Assembly: GCF_009914755.1 (NCBI RefSeq)
Contig: NC_060933.1
Length of the DNA: 64,000 nt
Reading direction: 5' to 3' (one strand)
Origin: the human T2T-CHM13v2.0 reference genome, Homo sapiens
The position numbers and the translations under genes are program-made. Below the pieces are notes generated by a model, which saw nothing but the letters and a program-made list of their open reading frames with translations, was not told the origin of the DNA and searched no databases. Numbering within the stretch: position 1 is the first letter of the stretch; each line of letters begins with the position of its first letter. Positions 43,780 to 59,124 of this stretch are shown one piece after another.

Positions 43780-45551
43780 TCACCTTCTGTGGGCTGTTTA
43801 ATTACAACTCCTAGAAACCCACATGCCACAATTAAGAGAGTGTGGTCTAAAGATTGGGATTTTTAAGTGCCCCAGCTGGCCAATAGGACAGAAATGTTTA
43901 ATTCAGGGCAACTTTCCTGTTACCCTGAACCAAACCGAGATAACTGACTGCCTTCTCTTTTCAGGCATTCATTTACCAGAAGAACAGGGAATGAGCAAAA
44001 GAAATTCTCAAAGAATTTTTCTTTTGATACTTACCCACACTTCCTGTGCTCTGAGTCAGACCACAGAAATTGACAAATATGTGCAGAACATCTTAGAGGA
44101 AAAATGAGAAATGAAGACAGATGTCAAAACTATGTAGAAACACAGCCGGCCATCTTCTTAAAGACTCACTTTAACACGAATAACATTTAACTCCATCGTC
44201 AACAAAACCGAACTTCCTAAAAAATAATTCAGCATGGATTTCTATGAGCCATGTTGACTGAAGACAGATAACCTGGCAGATGTGTTGACTCCAACAAAAC
44301 AAGGCGAATGTTCTCAGGTTTTGGGTATTGTGTCTCTCTGAGGTGATAACCACAGAGCGAGTTTCTCTGCTCTTGGTGTGAAGCAGTTTCAAATTGTTGA
44401 ACCCCAGGGTTGCTGAAAGAGAAAAGCAAGTTATTTCAATGCAAGAAGAAACAAATGGCAGTCTCAAGCATGCACAGCTCAACTCCCATAAACGATGAAG
44501 GTAGCCAAGGTTAGTGAGCCCCATGGGGAGTGCTGAGGGGTGAGCTTACCACAAAAAAATGCAGGCCCCAGCTTGAAATGTCTATAAAACTAATTGAAAC
44601 AAAAAAAGTACAGGTTTTTCTGAGCACACCAGGAAGAGTCTCAATCAGACAACCGTTGTCCACTGGAGACTCTCACAGGCTGTGGTGGTCTCTGGACAGC
44701 TGCTGCGGAAGGGTTGTCCCTTATTTCTGAATTAAATGAGGGAGGGCGGGGAATAATATGTTGAGATCCAGGAGGAGGTTATTTAGCAAGAGAAAAATAT
44801 ACTGGCAATGCTCATTTAAGGAAATTTGCTACACACATTTATCTTGTTTTGGTGCTGCTGTTGTTGTTTTGGTTGTTAAAATCATAGTTTCTCACACAGG
44901 AACTGAAAAAATAATGACTAATTGCAACTTGTGTTACAACATATTGTTCCCCCAGGTCAGTGCATGTTGAGCAAAGGTATGTGGCCAAGTTTTATTTGGG
45001 CTAGAAGAATCCAAGCCCTCCACATAATCAAGAGAGAAGCCACCGTGTGACCCAAATGAACGTAGGAGCAACAAACCTACAAGGCTTCACCTTCAGCTAT
45101 TTCTCTCTCTCTTTGCAGAAGAAGGAAGCCAGAACCAAGTTAGAATCAACTTGTCTACCTTGTACAATATAAAGACAATGGTAATTAAGAACATTATTAA
45201 AGAGGAGATATCCAAAGTGTCAGGAAAAAAAAAGCACCTAATAGATTTTTTGAGCATTTCTATTCCTACCTTATATTTGCTATGAATTTCCATCACTCCT
45301 CTTCATAGTGACATCTAAATGCTTCCATTACAAGAACTATATTTGTTTCTTGTAAAATACCTTTTACCTCTGGATTCTTCAGAATTATGGCATGCAGTGT
45401 GCTCATAAACACTATCTGATCTCTTCCAAACACAGTTGATCTCTCCTGTAAAACATGCATGACCAAAACTTATTTTGCTGGGAAGCCATTCTGCTAACAC
45501 AAACTCTCTTCTCAAACATTGCACCTTGAATTTGAGGACAACTTTAGGAGC

Positions 45552-45983
45552 TAATATGGTTTGGACATGTGTCCCCTCCAAACCCCATGTTGATATGTGA
45601 CCTCCAATGTCAGAAGTTGGCCTGATAGGTGGTGTTTGGGTCATTGGAGTAGATCCCTCATGAATTGCTTGGTACTGCCCTTGTGGTAATGAGTGAGTCC
45701 TCACTCTATTAGTTCACAGGAGAGCTGGTTGTTTAAAAGAATCTGACACCCCTCCTCTCTCTCTCTTGCTTCCTCTCCCTCTCTCTCTCCCTCATCATGT
45801 GATGTGCCTGCTGCCCCTTTTCCTTCTTCTGTGAGAAAAATCTTCCTAAGGTCTCACCAGAAGCTGAATAGATGCTGGTGCCAGACTTGTACAATCTGAA
45901 GAACTGTGAGTCAAATCAACCTCTTTCCTTTATAAATTACCCACTCTCAGGTATTCTTTACAGCAATGCAAAAATGGACTCCA
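45552..45983 (+). mobile_element. MSTB-like MaLR solo LTR
   Basis: TATGGTTTGGACATGTGTCCCCTCCAAA...CTTTATAAATTACCCACTCTCAGGTATTCTTTACAGCAATGCAAAAATGGACT. Confidence 0.9.
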
Positions 45984-46037
45984 CGGGAACTTTTTTGGAG
46001 ATCCTATCAGATGAGTACTTCCCAAGCTCTGTTTAAC

Positions 46038-46153
46038 TAGGGTAATCATATAATTTAATGTCTAAACAAATACTTGAAGAATAAAAGGGGTGCTATAAAT
46101 AATGATTCCTGAACAACTGGTATAAACTGGGACACATGAACATACGGTCGCTC
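46038..46153. mobile_element. MER94-like (hAT-Blackjack)
   Basis: TAGGGTAATCATATAATTTA...AAAGGGGTGCTAT...ATAAACTGGGAC...CATACGGTCGCTCT. Confidence 0.6.
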
Positions 46154-48342
46154 TGTCCCATAACATTTTCCCACTCTATTTTCTGTTATCCATGATCCCT
46201 TATCATCTAGGAGATTTGGAAAGCCTCTACTTCTTGCTATTTATTTTGAGAAAAAATTAATTATGTTGAATATACTTTTTTACTCTGTGAACACTCCTCC
46301 AGAGACATCACTGTTTCTCCCATGAGGAGGTATATGTGTCCCCACTGAATCTGATCAACTGAAAATCACTCTACTGGGCAGAAATTTGCCTGTTCTTTGG
46401 CATTCTCGCAGGTAAATATGCTGCTGTAGAGAAGAGAGGAAGTCACACTATGTCTCTGCCCTGTTGAGCATGAGTTGTTCATAGAGTAAAAGGTCACTTT
46501 AGGGCAGGGAATTTAAAAGATGGCTTCATTGCAAACATCGAGTCCAAACTGAATCTAGAAAAATTTCAAATATTTGGAAGGTTTCAATGAGTTCACACTC
46601 AATGACTGACCATCAGACAAATCCATCACTGCTGTCCTAGGCCTAGTTACTAAGTCAGCTACACCAAGTCTAATGGAAATATAATCAAGGCTAGTAAAAA
46701 TGTCCTACATAATGTGGGAGACAACTGCACTTCAATTACTTGGTTATTTGAAAAGGCAGTGATAAAAAGGCATTTATGTGATAGAATAGGAATAATATTT
46801 CCACAGTGCAGCCCTGGGAGAAATAAAGGGTCAAACACCACCATGTCCATGAGTCTGGTCTTGTCTGGAGCTGTCACTGACAGGGCATGGAGTCACAGGA
46901 CTGCTCCGTTTTGCTATGCATCATGCCCTGGAATGGATGGAATGGAGTTGTCCTAGATAGAGTTGCCTTTGGCAAAGGGGAAAAAATGTGTATGCAATGG
47001 TGTGCTCCAACAGTTTAGTAAGAGGGATTGCTCTGCTGCAGAGCCCTTAACAAGATATACCAAAGTTGTTAATATACATTTAACAGAATGGAACTGGCAG
47101 GTGATGGAGAGATTTTAGTGACCCACAGCACACAGGATAGAAGCTCTAAGTCATTGACTTGAGGGTGCTGAAGAAGCCATTTAAACAGTTTCTAGTCTAC
47201 TCATTCATCTTTGATCATAACATTGCCAAATAAATGATCATCCTAATCACCTCTATTCTAGAATCAGCAGCTTTCAGTGTTGTGTTGGATAACCGAACCT
47301 GGTCACAATTTTTGTCTGAACACCATTTCTGGAACATACTTCGTCATAAGAATAATGTATGATGGTTGAGGAGGAGAAAAGAGGTAAGGCAGTTGGGCCT
47401 TCAGGAAGCCCCAGAACCTGGAGAGAGGGCAGGTGGCCATGTAAGAGAAAAGTATTTTCTATCCTAAAAACAACCACCAGGGCTCAGGGCACACTCAGAA
47501 GCACTGGCAACCTGTATTTGGAAAACCTCAATGGAAAACCTCAGGGCCACTTTTCAGGTGTTGGAAAGGCAGGGAAGTTGATCGCTTGGAGGCTTCCCTG
47601 TCACCCATGTCTACAGATGCCTCTGAAATTTACAAGAGAAGATCTAGTTTGGCTAATGTTCCTTTTGGAGCAGTATCTTGGAGTGTTCTTTCATCTACAG
47701 CAAGTGAATAGACAGGAGTGTATAGTTTCCACTAATGAGGCATCTTCATCCTCCTCCATTCCCTTCTTACAAATGAGGTCAGGAAAGAAAACTATTCCCC
47801 ACCACAACATTAAGTTACCACTGCTGGATGCTTCCATTTTATCGTTCGTCATCCACAACCAGTCTCCATGGGGTAAAATCAGCAAGAGACTCCGCGTGAT
47901 GTGTTCCCTTGTCTGCAAGTGGCCACATTAATAACCTTTTGAAGGGCTTTTTTCATTTCCACTCTCTGGGAGGAATTTTTTTAACCACTCAAGCCTTGGG
48001 GTCTGTTTAAACAAGAAATTGTTTTACACTCCTGAATGATGCATTCCTCTCCAGCTATTTCTACATAACTTCCAGGATATGAAAACCGCCCAAGGCTTTC
48101 CAACATGGCTGCTTTCTTTCCTCTCATAAACAAACTCAGCAGTAATCATGCCATTGTGGTCACTCTGGGGCTTTGCATTGCTTCAACTTTTTCCCTCAGT
48201 CTTTTGTTCTGCCAGACACTGATTATGACAGTTCACCCGAATCTGGAAAGCAAGAATGCACTCTTCTGCTGGTCTCTGGCCTTTAGCCTTTTCCTTTGTC
48301 CTCCATGAATATATGAGGCCAACAGGAGGGATCTAGGCTCAG

Positions 48343-48815
48343 TATGATAGGCTCAATAATGGCTTACTGAGATGTCAGGTTCTAATCCCTGGAAGCTGTA
48401 AATGTCACCTTCTAAGGAAAATGGCTCTTTGCGGATGTGGATTAAGCAAATAATTATACATGGGAAGATCATCTTGGATTACCTGCATGGGCCCTAAATG
48501 CAATCACATGTGCCTTATAAGAGGGAGGCAGGGAGAAATTTGATACAGACAGAAAAGGAGGAGATAATGAGGCCATGGAGGCACAGAGTGGAGTGATGTT
48601 GCCACAGGCCCAGGAATGCTGGCAGCCTCTGGAACCTGGGAGAGGCACAGAGCAGATTCACCCCCAGAGCCTTCAGAAGGACCAAGGTCCTGCCACCACC
48701 TCAATTCTAGTTCAGTGAAAGTGATTTTGGACTTCTTGTCTCCAGAACTGTAAGATAATGAATTCCTGTTGTTTTCAGCCACTTTAGTTATTACAGTAGC
48801 CACAGGAAACTAAAA
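48343..48815 (+). mobile_element. MLT1C/D MaLR solo LTR
   Basis: CTAATCCCTGGAAGCTGTAAATGTCACCTT, GGGCCCTAAATGCAATCAC..CTTATAAGAGGGAGGCAG, CTCCAGAACTGTAAGA..CACAGGAAACTAA. Confidence 0.9.
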
Positions 48816-49040
48816 TGCTTGACCACCTGCATCTGACCTTCAACATCTCCAGCTGCATGCATCACTGCTGCAGAGCTCAGAGCATCCCAGCACACACCTC
48901 CTATGGCATTCTTGAGGAGGTGCTGATGCTTTTCCTTCCTCAATTGATCCAGAGAATTAACAAACTTCTGTGGCATTCTGATGTTTTGAGAGCAAACATG
49001 AGGAAACAAAAGCCCCAAAGGAATATTCAAACATGACTTC

Positions 49041-49356
<316 letters not shown>

Positions 49357-50659
49357 TAAAACATCCTTGCACCAAGCTCCCGTCTTCTTATTGAAGCTGA
49401 AATGTTACACAAAATGTCTTCAAGCCACTAAACAGTCATCATGATTTTAACTCATCTGTTTGGATTTGGACAAGTTACTTAATTTTTCTGGGCTTCAATT
49501 TCTTCATCTGAAAATGAAGAACATAAAACACATATCTCATTAAAAGGAGAGAAAAAAACTTATTTAGCACTACACTATATCTGAAATTCATTAAATAAAA
49601 TGCTTTTTCATAAGGATAAAAATTATCACCTAATGCTTTCTTCAATGACTTATGGTTTTGACTTGATGAATTCAGATAACTGGGATTTTTCTCCCAGAAC
49701 AATGTTTCTGAAAAAAACCAGGGGGGAGGGAGAAGAGGAGAAATCTCCTAAGATAGCTAATGTAAAGAAACTTTAATTATTAGTTCAATAAGCACTATTT
49801 CAGTTTGGGTTTCACCATGATTTCCAAAGGGATTTTCAACTCAACCATGAAAACAACGTTCTAGATTAAAACTCATGCAACAAGACTCAATTACAGGGAA
49901 AAAATAGTTATTTTTACAAAATCTTAAATAAGAAATGGCTTATTGAGTTTTAAATCTTAAGAAACCAAAGGGAAAGAGAGAATTTCCCTTTTTTTCTTTC
50001 TGGACTTAGCATTCCATGCAACTCTGTAAAGGGCAAAAGCTTCGTAATGCTCTTTCATGGTCTTAAATATGCTTCAGAGCTGCAGGGCATTTTTAAAATA
50101 CCATTAATATAAGCCAGGTTGGAAAAAAAAGTGGTATTTTCTGGATTCTAAATTAAATTGGTTGCTGTCCAACATTTTTGCATTAGGAGATGCCAGGGTG
50201 GAAGAAAGGACCATTAATCACTTTCTGCAGGTATCTGGAGTCCCCTATGCACCCAGGGATGAAGAGTACCTTGGAAACAGCCTCCATGGACTCAGAGAGC
50301 ACAGCTGTGGCCTCACACTTACCAGGAGTGCTGAATGGTGAGCCAGGAGGCTTGGGCCCCAGGACAAGATGGCCTGGATGCTAGGACAGGGTGACCGCTC
50401 ACTCTTTGAACAGTACCTCTCTGGCCTTCTGCTTAGTGTCCTATAAAATGATGGAGTTGAATCAGAAAATCCTAAAAGCTCCTTCAAGCTCAAATACTCT
50501 GACTTCCATAAAGGCCATGGAAAATCGGGGGGATTGAAGTGTTCGTGTACACAGTCAGCACATCTGAGGACTAGCAAGTAAAGGGCTAATAAAGTGGCCA
50601 GCTCTGCTTCAGGCAAGGCTCAAAAAAAGAGGGGGAGGGGGTAATGCTGCGTCTAGGGA

Positions 50660-51620
50660 GGAAACTCTCACCTCCTCAGGAAGGCATTTCCTGAAAACCC
50701 AATAGAACTAGAGATCATAGACCATAGTGCCTCCGTGCTGTCTGTCGGATTCCTGTTGGTTGATTTTTTTTTCACTGCACTCACTTACCTCTATCAAAGT
50801 TATCTTTTCTCTTAAACTATGTATTTGTTTACTATCTGTCCTGACTCACTAGATATGAGTTTTGGGAGGCCGGGAACTCCCTCACCACTGTAGAGAGAAA
50901 AGTCCCTGCCCCATGGTTGGAGCCCAGTAAATGTTTCTTGAATACATGAGTGAATGAATGATTGAATGAATCTACTCTGGCCTTTTGAAAATCTGTTCTC
51001 TTCACTGAAACTGGAGTGATCTTTTTAAAATGCAAACTTAATCGTATCATTTCCCAGTGTAGAACCAACAGTGGCCCTAAAGATAAAGACTAAATCTTTC
51101 ATCCAAGCCTATCGCTGGGCTCTGGCTACCCCGCTGATCCCTGTGGTTCCACTCACCTTCTCACACTCAGAAACCCAGCCTCTCTGGCCCAGGTGTATTT
51201 CTTCCCATGCACCATGCTAATCCCTTCATGTGGCCTCTGCGCACAGCATTCCCTCTATCAGGAACAGGGACCTGCTCCACCAAAAGCACATCCAAAACCT
51301 CCTCCCAACCATCACCCAACAGACTCTCACTCTTCATATCTTAGCTCAGGAGTCTCTTCCTCAGAAGAAAGCCTGCTCTGACATGCACACAGCATGCACA
51401 CCCTGGAGACCCTCTTCTCTTTCTATCAGTGTGCAGATGGTCACTTATTCATGTGATTATTTGCCTAATATCTGTCACCCTCACTTTGTTGTGAGATCTG
51501 AGAGAGCAGGGGCCAGTCTGTTTTGCTTACCCCAGTGTTCTCAGGGCCCAACACAGTACCTGATGCACAGTAACACGCAATCAATATTTGCAGAACAAAT
51601 GAATGCACAAACAAATGAAC
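50660..51620 (+). mobile_element. Two L2 3' fragments (ending ~50970 and ~51620)
   Basis: Each ends in an L2-type tail (GTAAATGTTTCTTGAATACATGAGTGAATGAATG; CAATATTTGCAGAACAAATGAATG). Confidence 0.65.
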
Positions 51621-51987
51621 TACTAGCAGCTTCACATAGGGATAAAGCCAGAAGCTCTGAAATGTCTGTAAAATATTCTTAAAAATTGTTTTTAAAACCT
51701 ACTGTCCTGGGTAACAAGAGCAGACCCTTTCAAAATCGATCTCCTCAAACTACAAAGCCTCGCTCTTTTCGGCCGATTAATCATATCAGAGACCGGCAAG
51801 GAAGACCCCCCTAGATATAATCCCTCTGCACAACTGGAGCTCCCTGCTGCCCTGTCTCTTTCTTCTCACTCATTCCAACCAGAACGTTTTAATTTGGAGA
51901 AAATAATGAACCTCAAGAGGAAAAGAGAAATGGAGAGGGCGTCATTGAGGACCATGGAATGTGAGTCTGTGTCTGGTTACCATTTAG

Positions 51988-52340
<353 letters not shown>

Positions 52341-53039
52341 TCTATTTTTAAAAAGAAAATTCCACAAAACATGATTCTGGGGCTCTGAGCAAAAAATATT
52401 TTCTGCATTATAGAGGATCTAAAGGAAGTGTTCTGCAAACTTCTAAAAAACTCAAAGCATTTGCTATTAGGAGAGAAAAGACTGACTATGAGCTCTGAAT
52501 TGAGAGACTACAGGAAGGAGTATTTTTATCCAGGGAGAGATAAGATCACAAATGTCAATCCCCCAGTACGCAAAGCTATTTAGAAGAGAATCTCTCCATA
52601 CTCACCAGAAAACAAAAGCAGGAGAATGACACCATAGCCATTCTGGCATAAAACGTGTAACTGATAACAAAGGAAAGTGCAGAGATTACAGAGAAGGTGA
52701 AGGGACAAGTGTGTGCACAATGGAAAGAATCAAATGGCAAAAGCTTATCCAGGTGGCACAGAGCCAGGAGCTGGAGACTAACATAATGCTGCCTGAGATA
52801 GCAGAAAAATGTAAACACAACCTCATAATCCACCCGTGTTTGCTCCAGCCCAGGAGAAAACATCCATAAATCTTGTCGAAATGTGATATATGGGAAACTG
52901 GTAAAATGGATCTAATCCAGATCTTATCCTGACTTATGTTCCAGAGCCAGGAAATGAAAAATGGAAGATGAAATATTGGTGAGCTGTTAGTTTTCTTCCA
53001 TGTACACCCCTCTCATGCCCTCTCTGGAGGGGAATACCT

Positions 53040-53360
53040 GAGCTGCAGTTCTGATTCCTGTAGTAACTGGAATGGCCAGTTCAACCCCTCTGGGCTCTCA
53101 TTTCCTCATGTGTAAAAGGGGGCATGTTTCCTGTCCCTCCATGACCCACAAGGTCCCTAACATCTACCTGATAACAGTGTGTAGGAAAGAACCAGGTACT
53201 GGACTCCCTTCACCCCGCCCCAGCTCTTCTATGGACCTTGGGCATGTGGCTCAACTCTTTCCAGACTCAGTTTACTCATATGAAAAATGGAGAGAACAAT
53301 AGAGTACCGTTTACTGTGGTTGACAGATGTTTAATAATGTGCTCAAAGCCATACAGTGAG
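53040..53360 (+). mobile_element. Two MIR fragments
   Basis: CTCATTTCCTCATGTGTAAAAGGGG and CTCAGTTTACTCATATGAAAAATGGAG cores. Confidence 0.65.
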
Positions 53361-54829
53361 GGCTCAGATTCGTGTCTCATTGATGCCAATGACTTATCCT
53401 TTCCACTACAGAGCACTGCTTTCCAAGGAAGCACAGGCTGAAGTCAAGTTTTGTCTTCCTAAATGGCAGTCGTTCATGATAATAATAAACCAGAGAAAGT
53501 CCTGGCACTTAAAAATGTTCAGCAAATATGAGCTACCATCATAATTACTCTTTACAATTGCAAGTCCCTTGAGCCCAATGTCCTGATGAATAAAAGAAGG
53601 AAAATGAATAACAATTTAATTCTTGACAAGGTAAAGTATCTGTACTTTTCCACCTCTCCCTACCCAAAGCCTATCTTCTAAATGTTTGTTTCATGTCATG
53701 ATTCACGAACAGTCTTAAATTGCTGCCCATTTGAAAGCCCAACTGACCGACTTCATGGAGAGGTAACTGGGAAAGATGGACTGAAATTCTTAAGGTCTGG
53801 CTTGGGTAAAATCTGTGCTTTCCTGTTGTAAATAATCCATTGACTTCAAATATTTTCAAGTACTTGGTCTCACATCTGCGGGACATATGATGGGGGCTAG
53901 AGTCACAAGGAAGTGAGCCCCATTTCATTTCAGTTTTTAGGGTCTCTGTGTACCAAAACCCACTCTGTTTCCTGGAGAAGTACAACTTTTTCCAGATGAA
54001 ATTCCAAGGTTTCACTCCAGCTTCTAAACAGTGACTGTGTCAGCCAGACTCATCTCCAGCCCTTACATCTGGTATTGGATGAAAATCACCAAACCACTAT
54101 GCCACTAAGACTGCAATTTGGTTTCTTAAGTGGAACCTTGTGATGAAGCTCTGAAATTCACTCCTCCCTGGTTACTGCCAATGAACTAAATAAATATGGC
54201 ATTAGTCCCTTCAATACTCAGCCCTAAAGCCATAACTCCATTCAGGGCAAACTCAGAGTCAAAGAAATGAACACCCAAAACAGTCCTGGCATATAGTAGA
54301 TACTTAATCTATATTTATTAGATGAAAGAATAAGAAACAAGACACAAATACAAGGAAATGATCATATATAGTACCAGGTAATTCACTGGTTCCCTTTGGT
54401 ATGGTATTTTGCAGATTCTCCCTTTTTAACTTGAGACCTTCCTTATTTTATGGATCAGAAAACTGAGGCTTAGAAAGATACAATAATGAGTTTAGATTTA
54501 CATTAAAACTCAAATATGCCAGATTTCAAAACCCCTATTCTTTTCACTAAATTACACCACTATCACCACCCCCAGAGAAAGTTCTACTAACATCAGTTTT
54601 CACCTGCATGTAATGACAACTAAGCCAAACAAAAGGATGTTTCTTCTAGGCTTTCTTGATGCTATATAGGATTTATAAATAAATAGGTATGCCCCTCCTC
54701 AATGTTTAAAGTTAGAATTTTGCCAAAACTATTTTGTTCAAAACAAATGTTTTCATGCCAGACACTCGATTTTTGTTTTACCTGTAAGCAAAGCAATCTG
54801 AAAATTGAGTATTTTACCAGTTATGAATG

Positions 54830-55300
54830 GAGTTTTGACACCACATAACAGAAAACACAAATAACAGTGGCTTAAAAGAAGTCTGGAGATGAGACATTGA
54901 TGACTGGCGTGGAATTTCTACAATGTCATCAGGATGCAGGCTCCTATCCTTAGCTCGCAGTTTTCAAACTTATGCTGTCTTCATGGTCCCCAGATGGTTG
55001 CTGAAGAACCAACAATTACAATGGCCATTGCAGGCAATAGGAAGATAGAAGGCCAAGGGCAAAAGACTGCATGCCAGTTGAGATAATCCCCTTTAGAATT
55101 CCTTTCCCAGAAGCCCCACTCAGTTATTTCTGTTGACATCCCTGGCTGAAACTATATCACATGACCGCCTCTACTCAGAAGAGGAACTAGGAAATGTAGA
55201 TATACGTAGTAGGTTAATTGGCAACCCAACAAATATGATTCTGTTAGTAAAAAAAAAATAAAATAAAATATTAGATAAGCAACTACCAGGTCTGACACAA
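54830..55300 (-). mobile_element. MLT1 (old) MaLR LTR
   Basis: CATAACAGAAAAC..AACAGTGGCTTAAA, CAGATGGTTGCTG, TCACATGACCGCC..CTAGGAAATGTAG. Confidence 0.65.
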
Positions 55301-55547
55301 ATGCCTTAGATATTATTTAAATATCTGTCCTTTAAAGATTGTCATTAGTTCCATGAAACTAGACACTTGGAGAGATTGCATGATGTGTAGAAGGTGAATC
55401 TTTGTTTCTGTGGAATACAACAAAGCCGTATCACGAAAGTTATCCAGGTTAAGGTGCAGGCCAGTGGCAGCATGGATAAAAGTTATCTAGGTTATTTTTT
55501 AAATCAATCTAAATAAAATTGAAGTATGATTTTACTGAGAATACTAT

Positions 55548-55665
55548 AGCCAGGTACAATGGTGCACACCTATGGTCTCAGCTACTCAGGAGGCTGAGGT
55601 GCAAGGATCACTTGAGCTCAGGAGTTAGAGACCAGCCTGAGCAATATAGAAAGACCCAATCTAAG
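55548..55665 (+). mobile_element. FLAM-type free Alu monomer
   Basis: Single monomer GCCAGG..CAGCTACTCAGGAGGCTGAGG..GATCACTTGAGCTCAGGAGTT..CCAGCCTGAGCAATATAG. Confidence 0.85.
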
Positions 55666-56218
55666 ATTTTGTTTAAAGAATATTGATGAGCCATTAAATA
55701 CCTTTGGCTTCAACGCCTCTAAACTGTTGATCTCTGAGGTTTAAAATTTTATTCCATATTCTCCAATAAACCTAAAGGCATGTGTGCCTGATCTTATGGC
55801 TATAAGCAAAGCACCCTTATCTAAAGGAAGATGCTACCACACTAAGGAAAACCAAAGATTTCCCCTTCTCCTCCTGCAAGCCCATCTCAGGAAGCTGATG
55901 GAATGGACCCTGCCCAGGGTAAGAGGGTCTCAAAAAACTCAACACCTGTGTGATTGGCAAGAATCTGAGCTCTCTGAGCAACATTGGAATCAGCCTTAAA
56001 GTTGCTTCAACTCAGTGCCTGCTGAGAGCACAAAGAGGAGGAGAAAGAGGGGCTACACATGCAGGATGGTTATCAGAAGGACAGAGCCTGACACCAAAGA
56101 CTTCCAGCACAAGGCTCACTTCTGCCTCTAGTGAAGCTGCCCCTATCCCAGTTGTGACACTAATTACACATATTGGGGAATTGTTCTGGGAAACACTACA
56201 GCGAAGTTGTAACTTTAG

Positions 56219-56416
<198 letters not shown>

Positions 56417-56825
56417 TAAAGTATATTAAGGTCACTATGATTGGCTGAGCAGTTGTTTGCCAACACTTGGGTGATGGAAGGAAATTAGAACCAAGAGTGG
56501 TGGAGCACACCCATAAAGTCACTTAGATTTTGGTGAGCCAAACTGAAGGATAACATCCATCTGAAGAAGAAAGAGCTTTCACAATCCCATCTATTGTGTT
56601 CACATGCCCAAGCTTCACAGCAATGCCCACTTTCACTATTTGCTTTATTCCAGCATGTGTTCTTTCTTTTTTTGATTCATGAAGATGTCTTACAAAGTGT
56701 TGACTTACTTGCTTTTCTAAAGAATGATGCATTACAGAGCAAGAACTGTTGGATGAGAAACATATAGTGAAAAACCATATAGTGAAGACTGTAAAGACAA
56801 GAAAGACTAAAGATCATGTCCATTC

Positions 56826-57122
<297 letters not shown>

Positions 57123-58418
57123 CATGTCAACTCTTATATTGCTGCTGTCGATGACACATCCTTGACATTGAGGTACTATGGAAATTTCAAAAGTACAGAT
57201 CATTATTTGTGAACACAGAATTATGAATCCAGGCAAAATTCTTAGATTTTCTTTGTGCATTTAACTATATCATTTCCTATATGCCACGTAGAAATCACAA
57301 CCAGAAGGGAAAAAAAGTGGAGGGACCAGAAATAACTTCTGGAAAACTGAAACATTTTTGTCTCCATGTATATAAACTTAAACACATCTGAGTACTATGG
57401 TCTGCAGGGCCATGCTTGATCCTCAGGAATATTCCGGTCTGTAGCAGCATCTCACTTCTCTGAACTTCTGATATAATTGCATTCTTTCCCACATCATACA
57501 ACACTTACTTATATGCCATCTTCAGCAGATTTTAACTTTTATGCAAGTTTTTCCTCCTTTTCAAGGAGTTTCAATCTACTTGTGTGAACTTTATTACTAA
57601 TCAAAGTTGTTCTGGAGGGCATGGCTTAGATGTCTACTCTCAGTTGGCTTCCTAATAGCCTTCAGAGCTGGACAGACTCATTCCTTGGCCCCTGGTGCAC
57701 CTGGCCACCCACAGGCCTCCTACAGTATTGCCAGCTAACAGCACGGTACAAAGGAGATGCACCCTTTTGTGGGCAGAAAGATTTGAAAATGAGAAGATCT
57801 AGGGGGCAAACCGAACTTACACAGTTCCTTTTCCAAATCACTGAGCAGATAAATCACTTCTTCTCCCATGTGCAGGAGTTAGCAAGGGACTTAAAAACAA
57901 GGATCAGAGTTCTATCTCCTGGGAGTTGAAAGCTCTTTCCTGTCTGAGAAGAGTAGGGCATCTTCCCACTTAAATTCCACAGATGCCTGACTTTTTTCCC
58001 CTGGATGTTAATCTACTGTCCTGTGAGGATCATTTATATTTATTATGTGCCAAGCCCAACACCCAACACATAATTCAAGATAACCCCCTCATAAATTCTC
58101 TGTATAGGATTTATACATCCCAGATGGGTAGAAGTTTTGATCTTTAGAACTGAGCAGATTTTTATAATTCACAAAATGCCCTGCAATGTACATAGCTCTG
58201 TTCCTTGCGTTTCCTACGGAGCCTCCAATGTGCAGGGAGATTATGGAGCAAAGATGGTGAAATCAGTCTTAAGCTTGAAGAATTTGTTATAAGGATGTTG
58301 ATAAATGTCTCAGATATATGTGACTTATTCCTTAAGAATGTTCTCTCTGACTCTTTTCAGCTAAATATGATGTATAAGCTTAGGAACAAAATCTATTTTT
58401 AAGACTGCTTGGAAGTAA

Positions 58419-58673
<255 letters not shown>

Positions 58674-59124
58674 TGAGTGGACAACCTAAGACACCTTAAT
58701 AAAAAAAGACAATGCACAATCAGAGTTCTTGATACATTAGAAGTATTCCACAATATGGGCTTTTAGAGATGTTTTAGGAGGAAAGGTAAATAAGACTAGT
58801 TTGTGTAATAGACAACTTCTAAATCTCAGAGGCTAATTTAACATAATAAACATTTGTCCAATAGAGGTCAAGAGAAAGTTTTGCTTTCATTTAGGGACCC
58901 AAGTAAGAGAAAAGAAAGTGAGGATGGGCGTTAGGATGTTTCATTCAGATTGATTTTCAAAGCACCCGGCCTAGAAACAACACTCACATCACCTCTGCAT
59001 TCACCCGAACTCAGACACGTGTGCCACACCTAACTACAAGGACTGGAAATGTGGTCAACAGAGTGTCCAGGAAGAGCAGGACAAGAATCTTGATGACTAC
59101 AAGCAGTCTTATGCCACAAGTGTT

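Noticed and set aside
47359-47931. Longest ORF (190 aa)
   Set aside because: No recognisable domain, promoter or splice context; the length is compatible with chance in 64 kb across six frames.
55548-55665. 7SL/scRNA-like sequence
   Set aside because: Diverged free Alu monomer, not an RNA gene.
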